Assembly (NCBI GenBank): GCA_963727485.1
Contig: CAVSGM010000002.1
Location: 1,696,001 to 1,760,000 of the forward strand
Length of the DNA stretch: 64,000 nt
Reading direction: 5' to 3'
DNA from: an uncultured delta proteobacterium
GTDB taxonomy: Bacteria > Myxococcota > Myxococcia > SLRQ01
Made by a program: the position numbers and the translations under genes. This document shows positions 10,920 through 18,004 of the stretch, one piece after another. Each line of letters opens with the position of its first letter. The stretch's first letter is position 1. The notes under the pieces are model-generated. The model had not been told where the DNA came from. It searched no databases and was given only the letters and a program-made list of their open reading frames with translations.

Positions 10920-10934
10920 TTGGACATCGTCTAA
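10920..10934. promoter_or_regulatory. PerR/FurA-like box upstream of ahpC
   Basis: TTGGACATCGTCTAA, near-palindrome matching the 11405-11419 site. Confidence 0.65.
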
Positions 10935-10998
10935 ACCATGGGGTGCACTCGACGACCCTGGGGCCCGCGCGGCCCCTGCCGGTCGCCCGGTCAGGTCC

Positions 10999-11400
10999 CT
11001 ACCGGCGGCGTCGCTTCCGGCGGCCGCGCATCACCACCTGGTAGTCGTGGACCTCGAGGCCTGGGAGCGCGCCCACCCCCTCCACCTTCACCGCCTCCCA
11101 GGGCACGTCGTCGATGCGCCCGGTCTTCTCGTCGATGAAGTGGTGGTGGGGATCGGTCTTGGGGTCGAAGACCACCCGGCCCTCGGCGAGGACGAGCTGC
11201 TGGAGCAGCCCCTGATCCACCAGGAGGTTCAGGGTGTTGTAGACCGTGGCCCGGGAGACCACCGGGAGGCGCGCCTTGACCGCCTGCCACACCTGGTCCG
11301 CCGAGGGGTGGCGGTCGGTGTGGAGCACGTACTCGGCGACGGCGACGCGCTGGGCCGAGGGCTGGATGCCCCGCTCCCGGAAGAGGTCCATGACGTCCAT
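10999..11400 (-). CDS. Fur-family (PerR/FurA-like) peroxide-responsive regulator
   Basis: 'HPSADQV', 'VSRATVYNTLNLL', 'PHHHF'; upstream of ahpC-dps. Confidence 0.9.
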   Translation of the reverse strand: MDVMDLFRERGIQPSAQRVAVAEYVLHTDRHPSADQVWQAVKARLPVVSRATVYNTLNLLVDQGLLQQLVLAEGRVVFDPKTDPHHHFIDEKTGRIDDVPWEAVKVEGVGALPGLEVHDYQVVMRGRRKRRRR

Positions 11401-11404
11401 GGGT

Positions 11405-11419
11405 CTAGACTGTGTCCAA
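11405..11419. promoter_or_regulatory. PerR/FurA-like box immediately upstream of the regulator gene
   Basis: CTAGACTGTGTCCAA (minus strand TTGGACACAGTCTAG). Confidence 0.65.
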
Positions 11420-11439
11420 ACCTGGAGCCTGTCAAGTCT

Positions 11440-11490
11440 GGCCAGCTCGGCCACCTCGGCCGGCTCGGCCGGCTCGGCCACCTCGGCCGG
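11440..11490. repeat. 9-bp intergenic tandem repeat (GGCCRSCTC x~5-6)
   Basis: ggccagctc ggccacctc ggccggctc ggccggctc ggccacctc. Confidence 0.7.
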
Positions 11491-11506
11491 CGGGGCGTCG
11501 CGCCGC

Positions 11507-12043
11507 TCACACCCCGCGGGCGGTGCGGCGGACCTCGTCCAGGGGCCGGTCGAGGACCAGCCCGATCTCCCGGAGGACCAACGCCTCGAGCTCGGCCACC
11601 AGCCGGGCGGCGTCGGCGTCCTCGAGGTAGGCGCCGGCGAGGTAGAGGCGCTGGAGCACCAGCGCCGCCCCCCGGTGGGAGGCGCGGCGCCGGGGCGAGC
11701 CCTGGGCCTCGTCGGCGGTGAGCCCCCGGCACGCCAGCTCGGCGAGGGTGATCCCGGCCTCCTCGGCGGAGATCACCGGTCGGAGGTGGGAGGCGGCGTG
11801 GTCGTCCGGGAAGAGCACGCGCACCCCGGACTCGAAGCGGACCACCACGAAGCGCCGGGGGCCGTCGACGTCGATGCGGACCTCGTTGCCCACCACCTCG
11901 CCGATGCCGTGGGGCTGCATCACCACCCGTTCCCCCACCGCGAGCCAGCCGGGACGGAGGCGGTCCCCGTCGCCCTGGTCCCGGACGTCGCCGGCGCCGT
12001 CGTCGTTCGGCACTTCCTCGCTGCTGGCCTGTTCCGCCGCCAC
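11507..12043 (-). CDS. CarD/CdnL-like transcription factor (divergent)
   Basis: 'VGERVVMQPHGIGEV...VLFP......LRPVIS.EEA' CarD N-terminal pattern; GTG start with GGAGG RBS and TATACT upstream. Confidence 0.7.
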   Translation of the reverse strand: MAAEQASSEEVPNDDGAGDVRDQGDGDRLRPGWLAVGERVVMQPHGIGEVVGNEVRIDVDGPRRFVVVRFESGVRVLFPDDHAASHLRPVISAEEAGITLAELACRGLTADEAQGSPRRRASHRGAALVLQRLYLAGAYLEDADAARLVAELEALVLREIGLVLDRPLDEVRRTARGV

Positions 12044-12206
12044 GTCCGGCCTCCGGATCCCCCGACGGCCCGAGAGTATAGCACCCCCGACCCAGGGGAG
12101 ATCCCCCACCGAGAAGCGCGCCCCGGTGGCCCGATCCCCTGGAGGCACGCCATCCCGGGCACCCTCCGCCCTTGCCCCGGGGCCCCACCGACACGAACGT
12201 GACGGC

Positions 12207-13211
12207 GTGCTGCCCCCCGCCCCCACCGTCCTCGTCGTGGGCGGTACCGGCTTCGTGGGTCGGCACCTGTTTCCGGCGCTCACCGAGGCCGGGTACCAGG
12301 TGCGGCTGACCTCCCGGGCCCCCTCCGACGCCCTCGATCGCCACCCCGGGCACACCTGGGTGGAGCTCGACCTCGATCGCCCGAGCACCTTGCGTGGGGC
12401 GCTCGCCGGCTGCCGCGCCGCGGTCTACCTGGCCCACGGCCTCCGGACCGCCGGCGACCTCGAGGGCCGGGAGGCCGAGGCGGCCCGGAGCTTCGCCCGC
12501 GCCGCCGCCGACGTCGGCCTCGAGCGGATCGTCTACCTCGGCGGGGTGGCCCCCACCGGCCGGGCCACGCCCCACCTCGCCGCGCGCCTCGCCACCGGCC
12601 GCATCCTGCGCAGCGGCCCGGTCCCCACCGTGGAGCTCCGGGCGGGGATGATCGTCGGCGCCGGGAGCGAGGGCTTCCGCATCACCCGGGACCTCGCCGC
12701 CCGCCTCCCGGCCATGCTCCTCCCCAGGTGGCTCGAGTCCCGGCAGCAGCCGGTGGCCCTCGCCGACGTCCTGGTCGCCCTCCGGACCGCCCTGGAGCTC
12801 CCGGAGGCGGGGCCGGTGGTCTACGACGTCCCCGGCCCCGAGATCCTCACCGGCCGGGAGATCCTCCTGCGCCTCGCCCGGCTCCTGGGCCATGACCCGG
12901 TCATCGTCGGGGTCCCCTTCGTCACCCCCCGGCTCTCGGTGTGGTGGATCCGACTGGTCACCCGCGCCGATCCCCGCCTCGCCTCCCGCCTGGTGGAGGG
13001 CCTGGGCAGCGATCTCCTCGCCGCGGACGAGGGCATCTGGCGGCTGCTCCCGGACCACGTGCGCCTGGGCTTCGACGCCGCTGCCCGCCTGGCCCTGGCC
13101 GGCGAAGCGGAGGGGGTGCGCGGGGCGGGGCGGGTGGTCGAGCGCCTCGCCCACCGGGTCTCCCGGCGCTCCCATCCCGCTCCGCCGCTGGACGAAGCGC
13201 CCCGTCGGTAG
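12207..13211 (+). CDS. NAD(P)-binding atypical SDR/epimerase (YbjT-like)
   Basis: 'VLVVGGTGFVG', 'IVYLGG', 'ELRAGMIVGAGS', 'LP.WL.SR.QPVA'. Confidence 0.85.
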   Translation: MLPPAPTVLVVGGTGFVGRHLFPALTEAGYQVRLTSRAPSDALDRHPGHTWVELDLDRPSTLRGALAGCRAAVYLAHGLRTAGDLEGREAEAARSFARAAADVGLERIVYLGGVAPTGRATPHLAARLATGRILRSGPVPTVELRAGMIVGAGSEGFRITRDLAARLPAMLLPRWLESRQQPVALADVLVALRTALELPEAGPVVYDVPGPEILTGREILLRLARLLGHDPVIVGVPFVTPRLSVWWIRLVTRADPRLASRLVEGLGSDLLAADEGIWRLLPDHVRLGFDAAARLALAGEAEGVRGAGRVVERLAHRVSRRSHPAPPLDEAPRR

Positions 13212-13242
13212 CACCCTGCACCGTCAGGAGGCCACCCCACCC

Positions 13243-13944
13243 ATGATCGAGCACAGGCCCTTCGCCGACCTCGGCGGCGCCGACCACGGCTGGCTCAAGA
13301 CCCGCCATCACTTCTCCTTCGCCGACTACTTCGACCCCGAGCGGATGAGCTGGGGCGACCTGCGGGTGTGGAACGACGACGAGATCGCCCCGGGCACCGG
13401 CTTCCCCCTCCACCCCCACGCGAACATGGAGATCATCACCTACGTGCGCGACGGGGCCATCAGCCACCAGGACTCGGTGGGCCACCAGGGGCGCACCGCC
13501 GCCGGCGACGTGCAGGTGATGTCCGCGGGTACCGGCCTGCGCCACGCCGAGTTCAACCTCGAGGACGGGGTCACCCGGATCTTCCAGATCTGGATCCTGC
13601 CCACCGAGACCGGCGGCGAGCCCACCTGGGGCACCCGGCCCTTTCCCCGGGCCGACCGCGCCGGGCGCTTCGTGGTGCTGGCCAGCGGCCTCGGCGACGA
13701 CGGCGACGCGTTGCCCATCCGGGCCCGGGCCCGGGTCCTGGGGGCGACCCTCGGCGAAGGCGGGAGCGCCACCCTCGAGGTCGACCCGGCCCGGCACCTC
13801 TACCTGGTCCCCGCGGTGGGCGAGGTCGAGGTGAACGGGGTCCAGGTCGCCGCCCGGGACGGGGTGGCGATCACCGGTGAGGCGGCGGTCTCGGTCCGCG
13901 CCCTCGGCGACGGCGCCGAGGTGGTCCTCGTGGACGCCCCGTGA
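13243..13944 (+). CDS. Pirin-family (YhhW-like) cupin
   Basis: 'HGWLKTRHHFSFADY', 'HPHANMEIITYV', 'HQDS', 'VQVMSAGTG'. Confidence 0.93.
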   Translation: MIEHRPFADLGGADHGWLKTRHHFSFADYFDPERMSWGDLRVWNDDEIAPGTGFPLHPHANMEIITYVRDGAISHQDSVGHQGRTAAGDVQVMSAGTGLRHAEFNLEDGVTRIFQIWILPTETGGEPTWGTRPFPRADRAGRFVVLASGLGDDGDALPIRARARVLGATLGEGGSATLEVDPARHLYLVPAVGEVEVNGVQVAARDGVAITGEAAVSVRALGDGAEVVLVDAP

Positions 13945-14612
13945 CCGTGGCCGACGTCCCAGGCGCGTCCGACGCCACGCCCGGCGCCGACGCCCCGGCG
14001 CCGCGCCGCGGCCCCCGCCTCACCCTGGCCCTGGCGCTGGCCGCCGGCTGGGTGGCGATCCTCTGCCTCGGCCGGGCCGGGGGACGCATCGCCCCGGTCC
14101 TCGGGGTCTACGCCGTGGGGGTCCTCGCCCTGACCGCCGCCGCCTGGCCCGAAGCCCGGGAACGCCTGCGGGCGCGCTGGTCCGAGCTCGGCCTCGGCCT
14201 CGGCGCCGGGGTGGTCCTGGCGCTGGCCGCCTACCCGGTCTTCGGGGCCCTGGTGGAGCGCGACCCGGGCCTCGCCCCCCAGCTGGCCCGACTCTACACC
14301 CTCGCCGGCGCCCGGGGCGCCGCGGCGATCTGGCTCCTCCTCGCCGCCGTGGCCGAGGAGGTCCTGTTCCGGGGCCTGCTCTACGATCTCCTCGCGGACC
14401 TCGGCCCCACCCGGGCGGTGGGCCTCACCGCCCTCGTCTACGGCGCCGCCCAGCTGGGGACCGGTGCCTGGCTGGTCGGGGTCGCCGCCGCGGCCCTGGG
14501 GCTCGTGTGGGGGATGCTCCGGGCGAGCACCGGCCGGGTGGTGGCCCCGCTGCTGGCGCACCTGGTGTTCAGCACCGTGGTCCTGGTGATCCTCCCCCTG
14601 GTCCGGTTCTAG
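13941..14612 (+). CDS. CPBP/CAAX-family intramembrane metalloprotease
   Basis: 'AEEVLFRG' motif, 'AH' motif, multiple TMs. Confidence 0.85.
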   Translation: MTVADVPGASDATPGADAPAPRRGPRLTLALALAAGWVAILCLGRAGGRIAPVLGVYAVGVLALTAAAWPEARERLRARWSELGLGLGAGVVLALAAYPVFGALVERDPGLAPQLARLYTLAGARGAAAIWLLLAAVAEEVLFRGLLYDLLADLGPTRAVGLTALVYGAAQLGTGAWLVGVAAAALGLVWGMLRASTGRVVAPLLAHLVFSTVVLVILPLVRF

Positions 14613-14646
14613 GTCGGCGCCTATCGATCGATCGGGGGGTACCGCC

Positions 14647-15099
14647 ATGAAGGCCGGGGAGCTGTGCAACCGCGAGGTGGGGATCATCGACGGCGAGGCC
14701 ACGGTCCTCGAGGCCGCCGAGCGCATGCGTGAGCTCCACACGGGCTCGCTGGTGGTGGTGGGCGACGCCGGGCGGGTGCGCCGGCCTGTGGGCCTCATCA
14801 CCGACCGGGACCTGGTGATCTCGGTGCTGGCCACCGACCCGGCCGGCGCCGGGAGCCTCACCGTCGAGGAGGTGATGAGCACCCCGGTGCTCACCGCCCG
14901 GGAGGACCAGGACGTCAGCGAGGTGATCCCCGCCATGCGCGCCCGGGGCGTGAGGCGGGTCCCGGTGGTCGACGCCGAGGGCGGCCTCCAGGGGATCCTC
15001 GCCCTCGACGACCTGTTGGAGTGGGTCACCGAGCAGCTCACCGACCTCGCCAAGCTGGTGGAGCGGGAGCAGACCCGCGAGCGGCTCCAGGGGCGCTAG
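14647..15099 (+). CDS. CBS-pair protein
   Basis: 'EAAERMRELHTGSLVVV', 'GLITDRDLV', 'VRRVPVVD..G.LQGI'. Confidence 0.9.
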   Translation: MKAGELCNREVGIIDGEATVLEAAERMRELHTGSLVVVGDAGRVRRPVGLITDRDLVISVLATDPAGAGSLTVEEVMSTPVLTAREDQDVSEVIPAMRARGVRRVPVVDAEGGLQGILALDDLLEWVTEQLTDLAKLVEREQTRERLQGR

Positions 15100-15851
15100 G
15101 GACCCTGGGTCAGGGAGACGAGGGTGCCCAGGGAGACCCGGGTGAGGAGCAGGAGGTCCCCGGACGGCGAGCTGGTGGAGGCGCAGCTGCCGAGGTTGTT
15201 GTAGAACAGCGTCGCCGGCGCCGGGGTCACCTTGTAGACCTTCAGCGCGTTGGAGTCGGTGCAGGTCGCGCCCGAGGGCGTGGTGAACTCGTAGGCATAC
15301 CCGGGGGTCGCCGGGCTCCCGTTTGCGCACCGGAACTCGGCCAGGTCGGCGACCTGGCTGCAGCCCGCGTCGAGGTAGTAGGTGCCGCCGTTGTCGAAGC
15401 GACACAGGTGCTGGGGCTGGCAGACGGTGGTGGGCTCGAGGTACTCGCCGGGCACGCAGTAGCGCCCCGTCACCCCGGCCGAGGGATCCACCACCGTCAG
15501 GGGATGGCAGGCGGCGCCGAGCTGGGTGTCGTAGGCGGCGCCGGGCACCGGGAACGCCGAGCCGTCGCTGCCCTTGAAGGTCAGCGGCTGGAGCCGGCCC
15601 CCCGCGGTGAAGCCCCCGCCTCCGGCCGGCCCCGCCGGTCCCTGGGGGCCCGCCGGTCCCGCGGGTCCCTGGGGTCCGGTCGCCCCGGCCGGTCCCGCCG
15701 GCCCTTGGGGTCCCGCGGGACCCGGGGTGCCACCCGCGGACCCCGACGCGGTGCACGCGCCCGCGGCCAGGACAAGGGCGAGCCCCACCGCCAGGTCCAC
15801 CGCCCAGTGCCCGCGGCGCCGGCCGCCCTCCGAGATCCGTCGACTGAGCAT
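15096..15851 (-). CDS. Collagen-like repeat lipoprotein with Cys-rich C-terminal domain
   Basis: Hydrophobic signal ending LAAGAC, ~9 Gly-X-Y (GPAGPQ) triplets, Cys-rich domain. Confidence 0.7.
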   Translation of the reverse strand: MLSRRISEGGRRRGHWAVDLAVGLALVLAAGACTASGSAGGTPGPAGPQGPAGPAGATGPQGPAGPAGPQGPAGPAGGGGFTAGGRLQPLTFKGSDGSAFPVPGAAYDTQLGAACHPLTVVDPSAGVTGRYCVPGEYLEPTTVCQPQHLCRFDNGGTYYLDAGCSQVADLAEFRCANGSPATPGYAYEFTTPSGATCTDSNALKVYKVTPAPATLFYNNLGSCASTSSPSGDLLLLTRVSLGTLVSLTQGP

Positions 15852-15913
15852 TCTCGGAGCCCTACCAGAGCGCCCCCACCCTGTCGACGCGGGAGTCTCC
15901 CGTGGGATCCCCT

Positions 15914-16487
15914 TCAGGCCCGCGGTCGGGCGTGGCTGGGGTGGTGGATGGCCACGGTGCTCGCCTGGGGTCCGGCCTCGCCGGTCTCCTCCACGAAGCG
16001 CACCGGGGTCCCCACCTCCAGCCGCTCGAAGCCGCCGTCGAGGACCGCCTCCCGGTGGAAGTAGATCCACCGGCCACCTTCGGTCTCGAGGTAGCCGTGG
16101 TCCTGGCCTCGGTGGAGCTCGGCGACGACCCCCTCGGCCATGCGCACCGGCCGCTTGACCTTGTGGCGCATCACCCTCACCTGGTCCTGGAGCTGCCGCC
16201 GCGCCTCGGCGAAGGCCGCCTGGGCCGCGCTGCGCAGGGTCTCGTGACCCGCACACGCCGCCGGGTCCCGGTTCACCACCAGCTCGGCGCCAGGGACCGT
16301 GAGAATCGATGAGCACCCGGTAGTGGCGGCCGCTGCGGTGGTGGCAGTGGGGGATGTCGGCGACCACCCGCACCGCGGTGATCCGGTCGTAGAACCGCTC
16401 CAGCTTGCGGGCGGCGGCGTCGACCGCCCGCCGGTCGGCGGCGGAGGGCTCGAAGCCCCGGTAGGTGACGTCCAGCGGGATCTGCAC
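15914..16487 (-). CDS. Ribosome hibernation factor (HPF/RaiA) fused to a cold-shock domain; frameshift near 16305
   Basis: 'VQIPLDVTYRGF..KLERFYDRITAVRVV..PH.HH.SG.HYRV.I' then 'LTVPGAELVVNR..AF..ARRQL', CSD 'GYLETEGGRWIYFH..VL..GF..LEVG..V.F'; GGAGG RBS. Confidence 0.88.
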
Positions 16488-16512
16488 CGTGTCCCTCCGG
16501 CCGATGACGAAC

Positions 16513-17280
16513 GCCTGGCGGCCGAGCGGCGCGGCACCGGGTGCAGCGTTTCCCTTTCGCAGGATCAGGCGCGAGTCCGAGCTTCGTCCCGATTGGTCGG
16601 AAGCAATGCCTCTCACGAGGTTGGTTCGACTTCGGAGCGTTGTGTGCCCACCGGCCCGGGGCGTATCGGGTTGGCCGCGGCGACCTGGCTCGCTCTCCTT
16701 TCGGGGAACGGGTTCAGCGTCTTTCCGGTGGACCGTCCGCGGTCTCCATCCGAGACCGCTTCATTCTCCCGTGTCGTAGCTCCTCCCCAGAGTGCCTGGG
16801 AGCTCGTGCCCGCCTGAAGCCTCACGGCTCCGGGCTCCACCTGCCAGGGTTTCTTCCCTCTTCGCGACCTCTCCAGAGGCGTCCACTGCCGGTGGGGATT
16901 CCCGGTCCCCACGTCTCGTTCCGCCCTCAGGCTTTCCCAACCTCTCGACGGTTTGCTCCGCGCTCCGGTTTGCGGGCCTGTTTCATCCCGCTGCCACGTG
17001 AAGGGTTTTCCCGTTCAGGGGTTTCTCCCGATTCACAGCCGTCTCCGACTCTTCGCCGGTGCGAACCTCCGTGCCGTTGGGGGACCATGGCTCGTGACCA
17101 GCACGTCCACCAACAGCTCCCTCGGCTTCGAGGTCTTGCGCCGTGAACCGATGCGTTCCTTCGGCTCGGGGTTCTCCTCCCCGTTGGTCGCTCCCCTCTT
17201 CGGGTTTGATCGCCGCCTTCGTGCAAGACGAAGGGTGGGCGCTGCTGCCTCCCGGCGTCGCTGACCGCTGACCGCCAGGC
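16513..17280 (-). ncRNA. Putative large (~770 nt) highly structured non-coding RNA, family not recognised
   Basis: No credible ORF; 5' and 3' ends complementary; more than 12 helices, several with G-U pairs on the minus strand; GNRA/purine-rich loops; promoter predicts +1 at about 17280. Confidence 0.8.
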
Positions 17281-17286
17281 ACCTTT

Positions 17287-17315
17287 GAACTAGTCACCGC
17301 CTCTCCGGGGAACAA
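17287..17315 (-). promoter_or_regulatory. sigma70-like promoter for the large RNA
   Basis: -35 TTGTTC (17315-17310), 17-nt spacer, -10 TAGTTC (17292-17287); +1 falls at the first base of the terminal stem. Confidence 0.55.
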
Positions 17316-17339
17316 GGGCGGAGGATGCCCCGGCGCGGC

Positions 17340-17371
17340 TTCTCCACAGCTGTGGAGGAAGCTGTGGACTC
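17340..17371. promoter_or_regulatory. Cluster of three DnaA-box-like motifs
   Basis: TTCTCCACA (17340-48), then TGTGGAGGA (17351-59) and TGTGGACTC (17363-71) in the opposite orientation; compare consensus TTWTNCACA. Confidence 0.5.
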
Positions 17372-17433
17372 GTCGTCTCCCCCTGGCCCCGCGGCCGGCG
17401 CCGCTTAGCCTTGGGATCGAGGAGGTCACGCAC

Positions 17434-18003
17434 ATGGCCGCCACGCCCAGGACTCGCATCCTTCTGCTCTCGGGCAACCCCAAGTCGGGCCGAACCACCG
17501 CCCTGCGCACCCTCGCCGCCGAGCTCGCCGGGCTCGGTCCCCGGGGCATGCTCACCGAGGCCCTCGAGACCGACCACGGGGATCGCCTCGGTTACCGCCT
17601 GCGCACCTTCGACGGACGGGAAGCCGTGGTCGCCCACCGGAGCTTCGACTTCGACACCACCCTCGGCCCCTACGGGGTCGACGTGGATGCCCTCGACGAC
17701 TTCGCCGACGCCGCCCTCGACCCGTCGCAGGTGGCCCCGGTGTGGCTGGTCGACGAGATCGGCAAGCTCACCAGCCTCTCCGACCGGTTCGTGGAGCGGA
17801 TGGCCGCGCTCCTCGACGGCCAGGCCCCGGTGATCGCCACCGTCGCCGCCCGGGGCTCGGGCTTCGTGGGCCAGGTGCGCCGTCGCCACGACGCCGAGCT
17901 CTGGGAGGTGACCGCCGAGAACCGCGGCGCCCTGGTCGCCCGCATCGGCGACTGGCTCGCGCCCCACCTCGGGACCCCCCAAGGCGAGGCCGCTCGGATC
18001 TGA
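17434..18003 (+). CDS. THEP1/NTPase_1-family nucleoside triphosphatase
   Basis: Walker A variant 'LLSGNPKSGRTT', 'YGVDVD', Walker B 'LVDEIGKL', 'VIATVA', 'EVT.ENR'. Confidence 0.8.
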   Translation: MAATPRTRILLLSGNPKSGRTTALRTLAAELAGLGPRGMLTEALETDHGDRLGYRLRTFDGREAVVAHRSFDFDTTLGPYGVDVDALDDFADAALDPSQVAPVWLVDEIGKLTSLSDRFVERMAALLDGQAPVIATVAARGSGFVGQVRRRHDAELWEVTAENRGALVARIGDWLAPHLGTPQGEAARI

Positions 18004-18004
18004 G

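Noticed and set aside
16805..16840. GAGCCCG-GAGCC-GUGA-GGCUU hairpin resembling group II intron domain V
   Set aside because: Stem and bulge geometry are non-canonical, about 290 nt follow it instead of a short domain VI, there is no GUGYG 5' end, no RT/maturase and no interrupted host gene.
16541..17555. Short ORFs on both strands across the large RNA region
   Set aside because: No RBS, no GC3 codon bias and no recognisable domains; helix density and G-U strand bias fit an RNA better.
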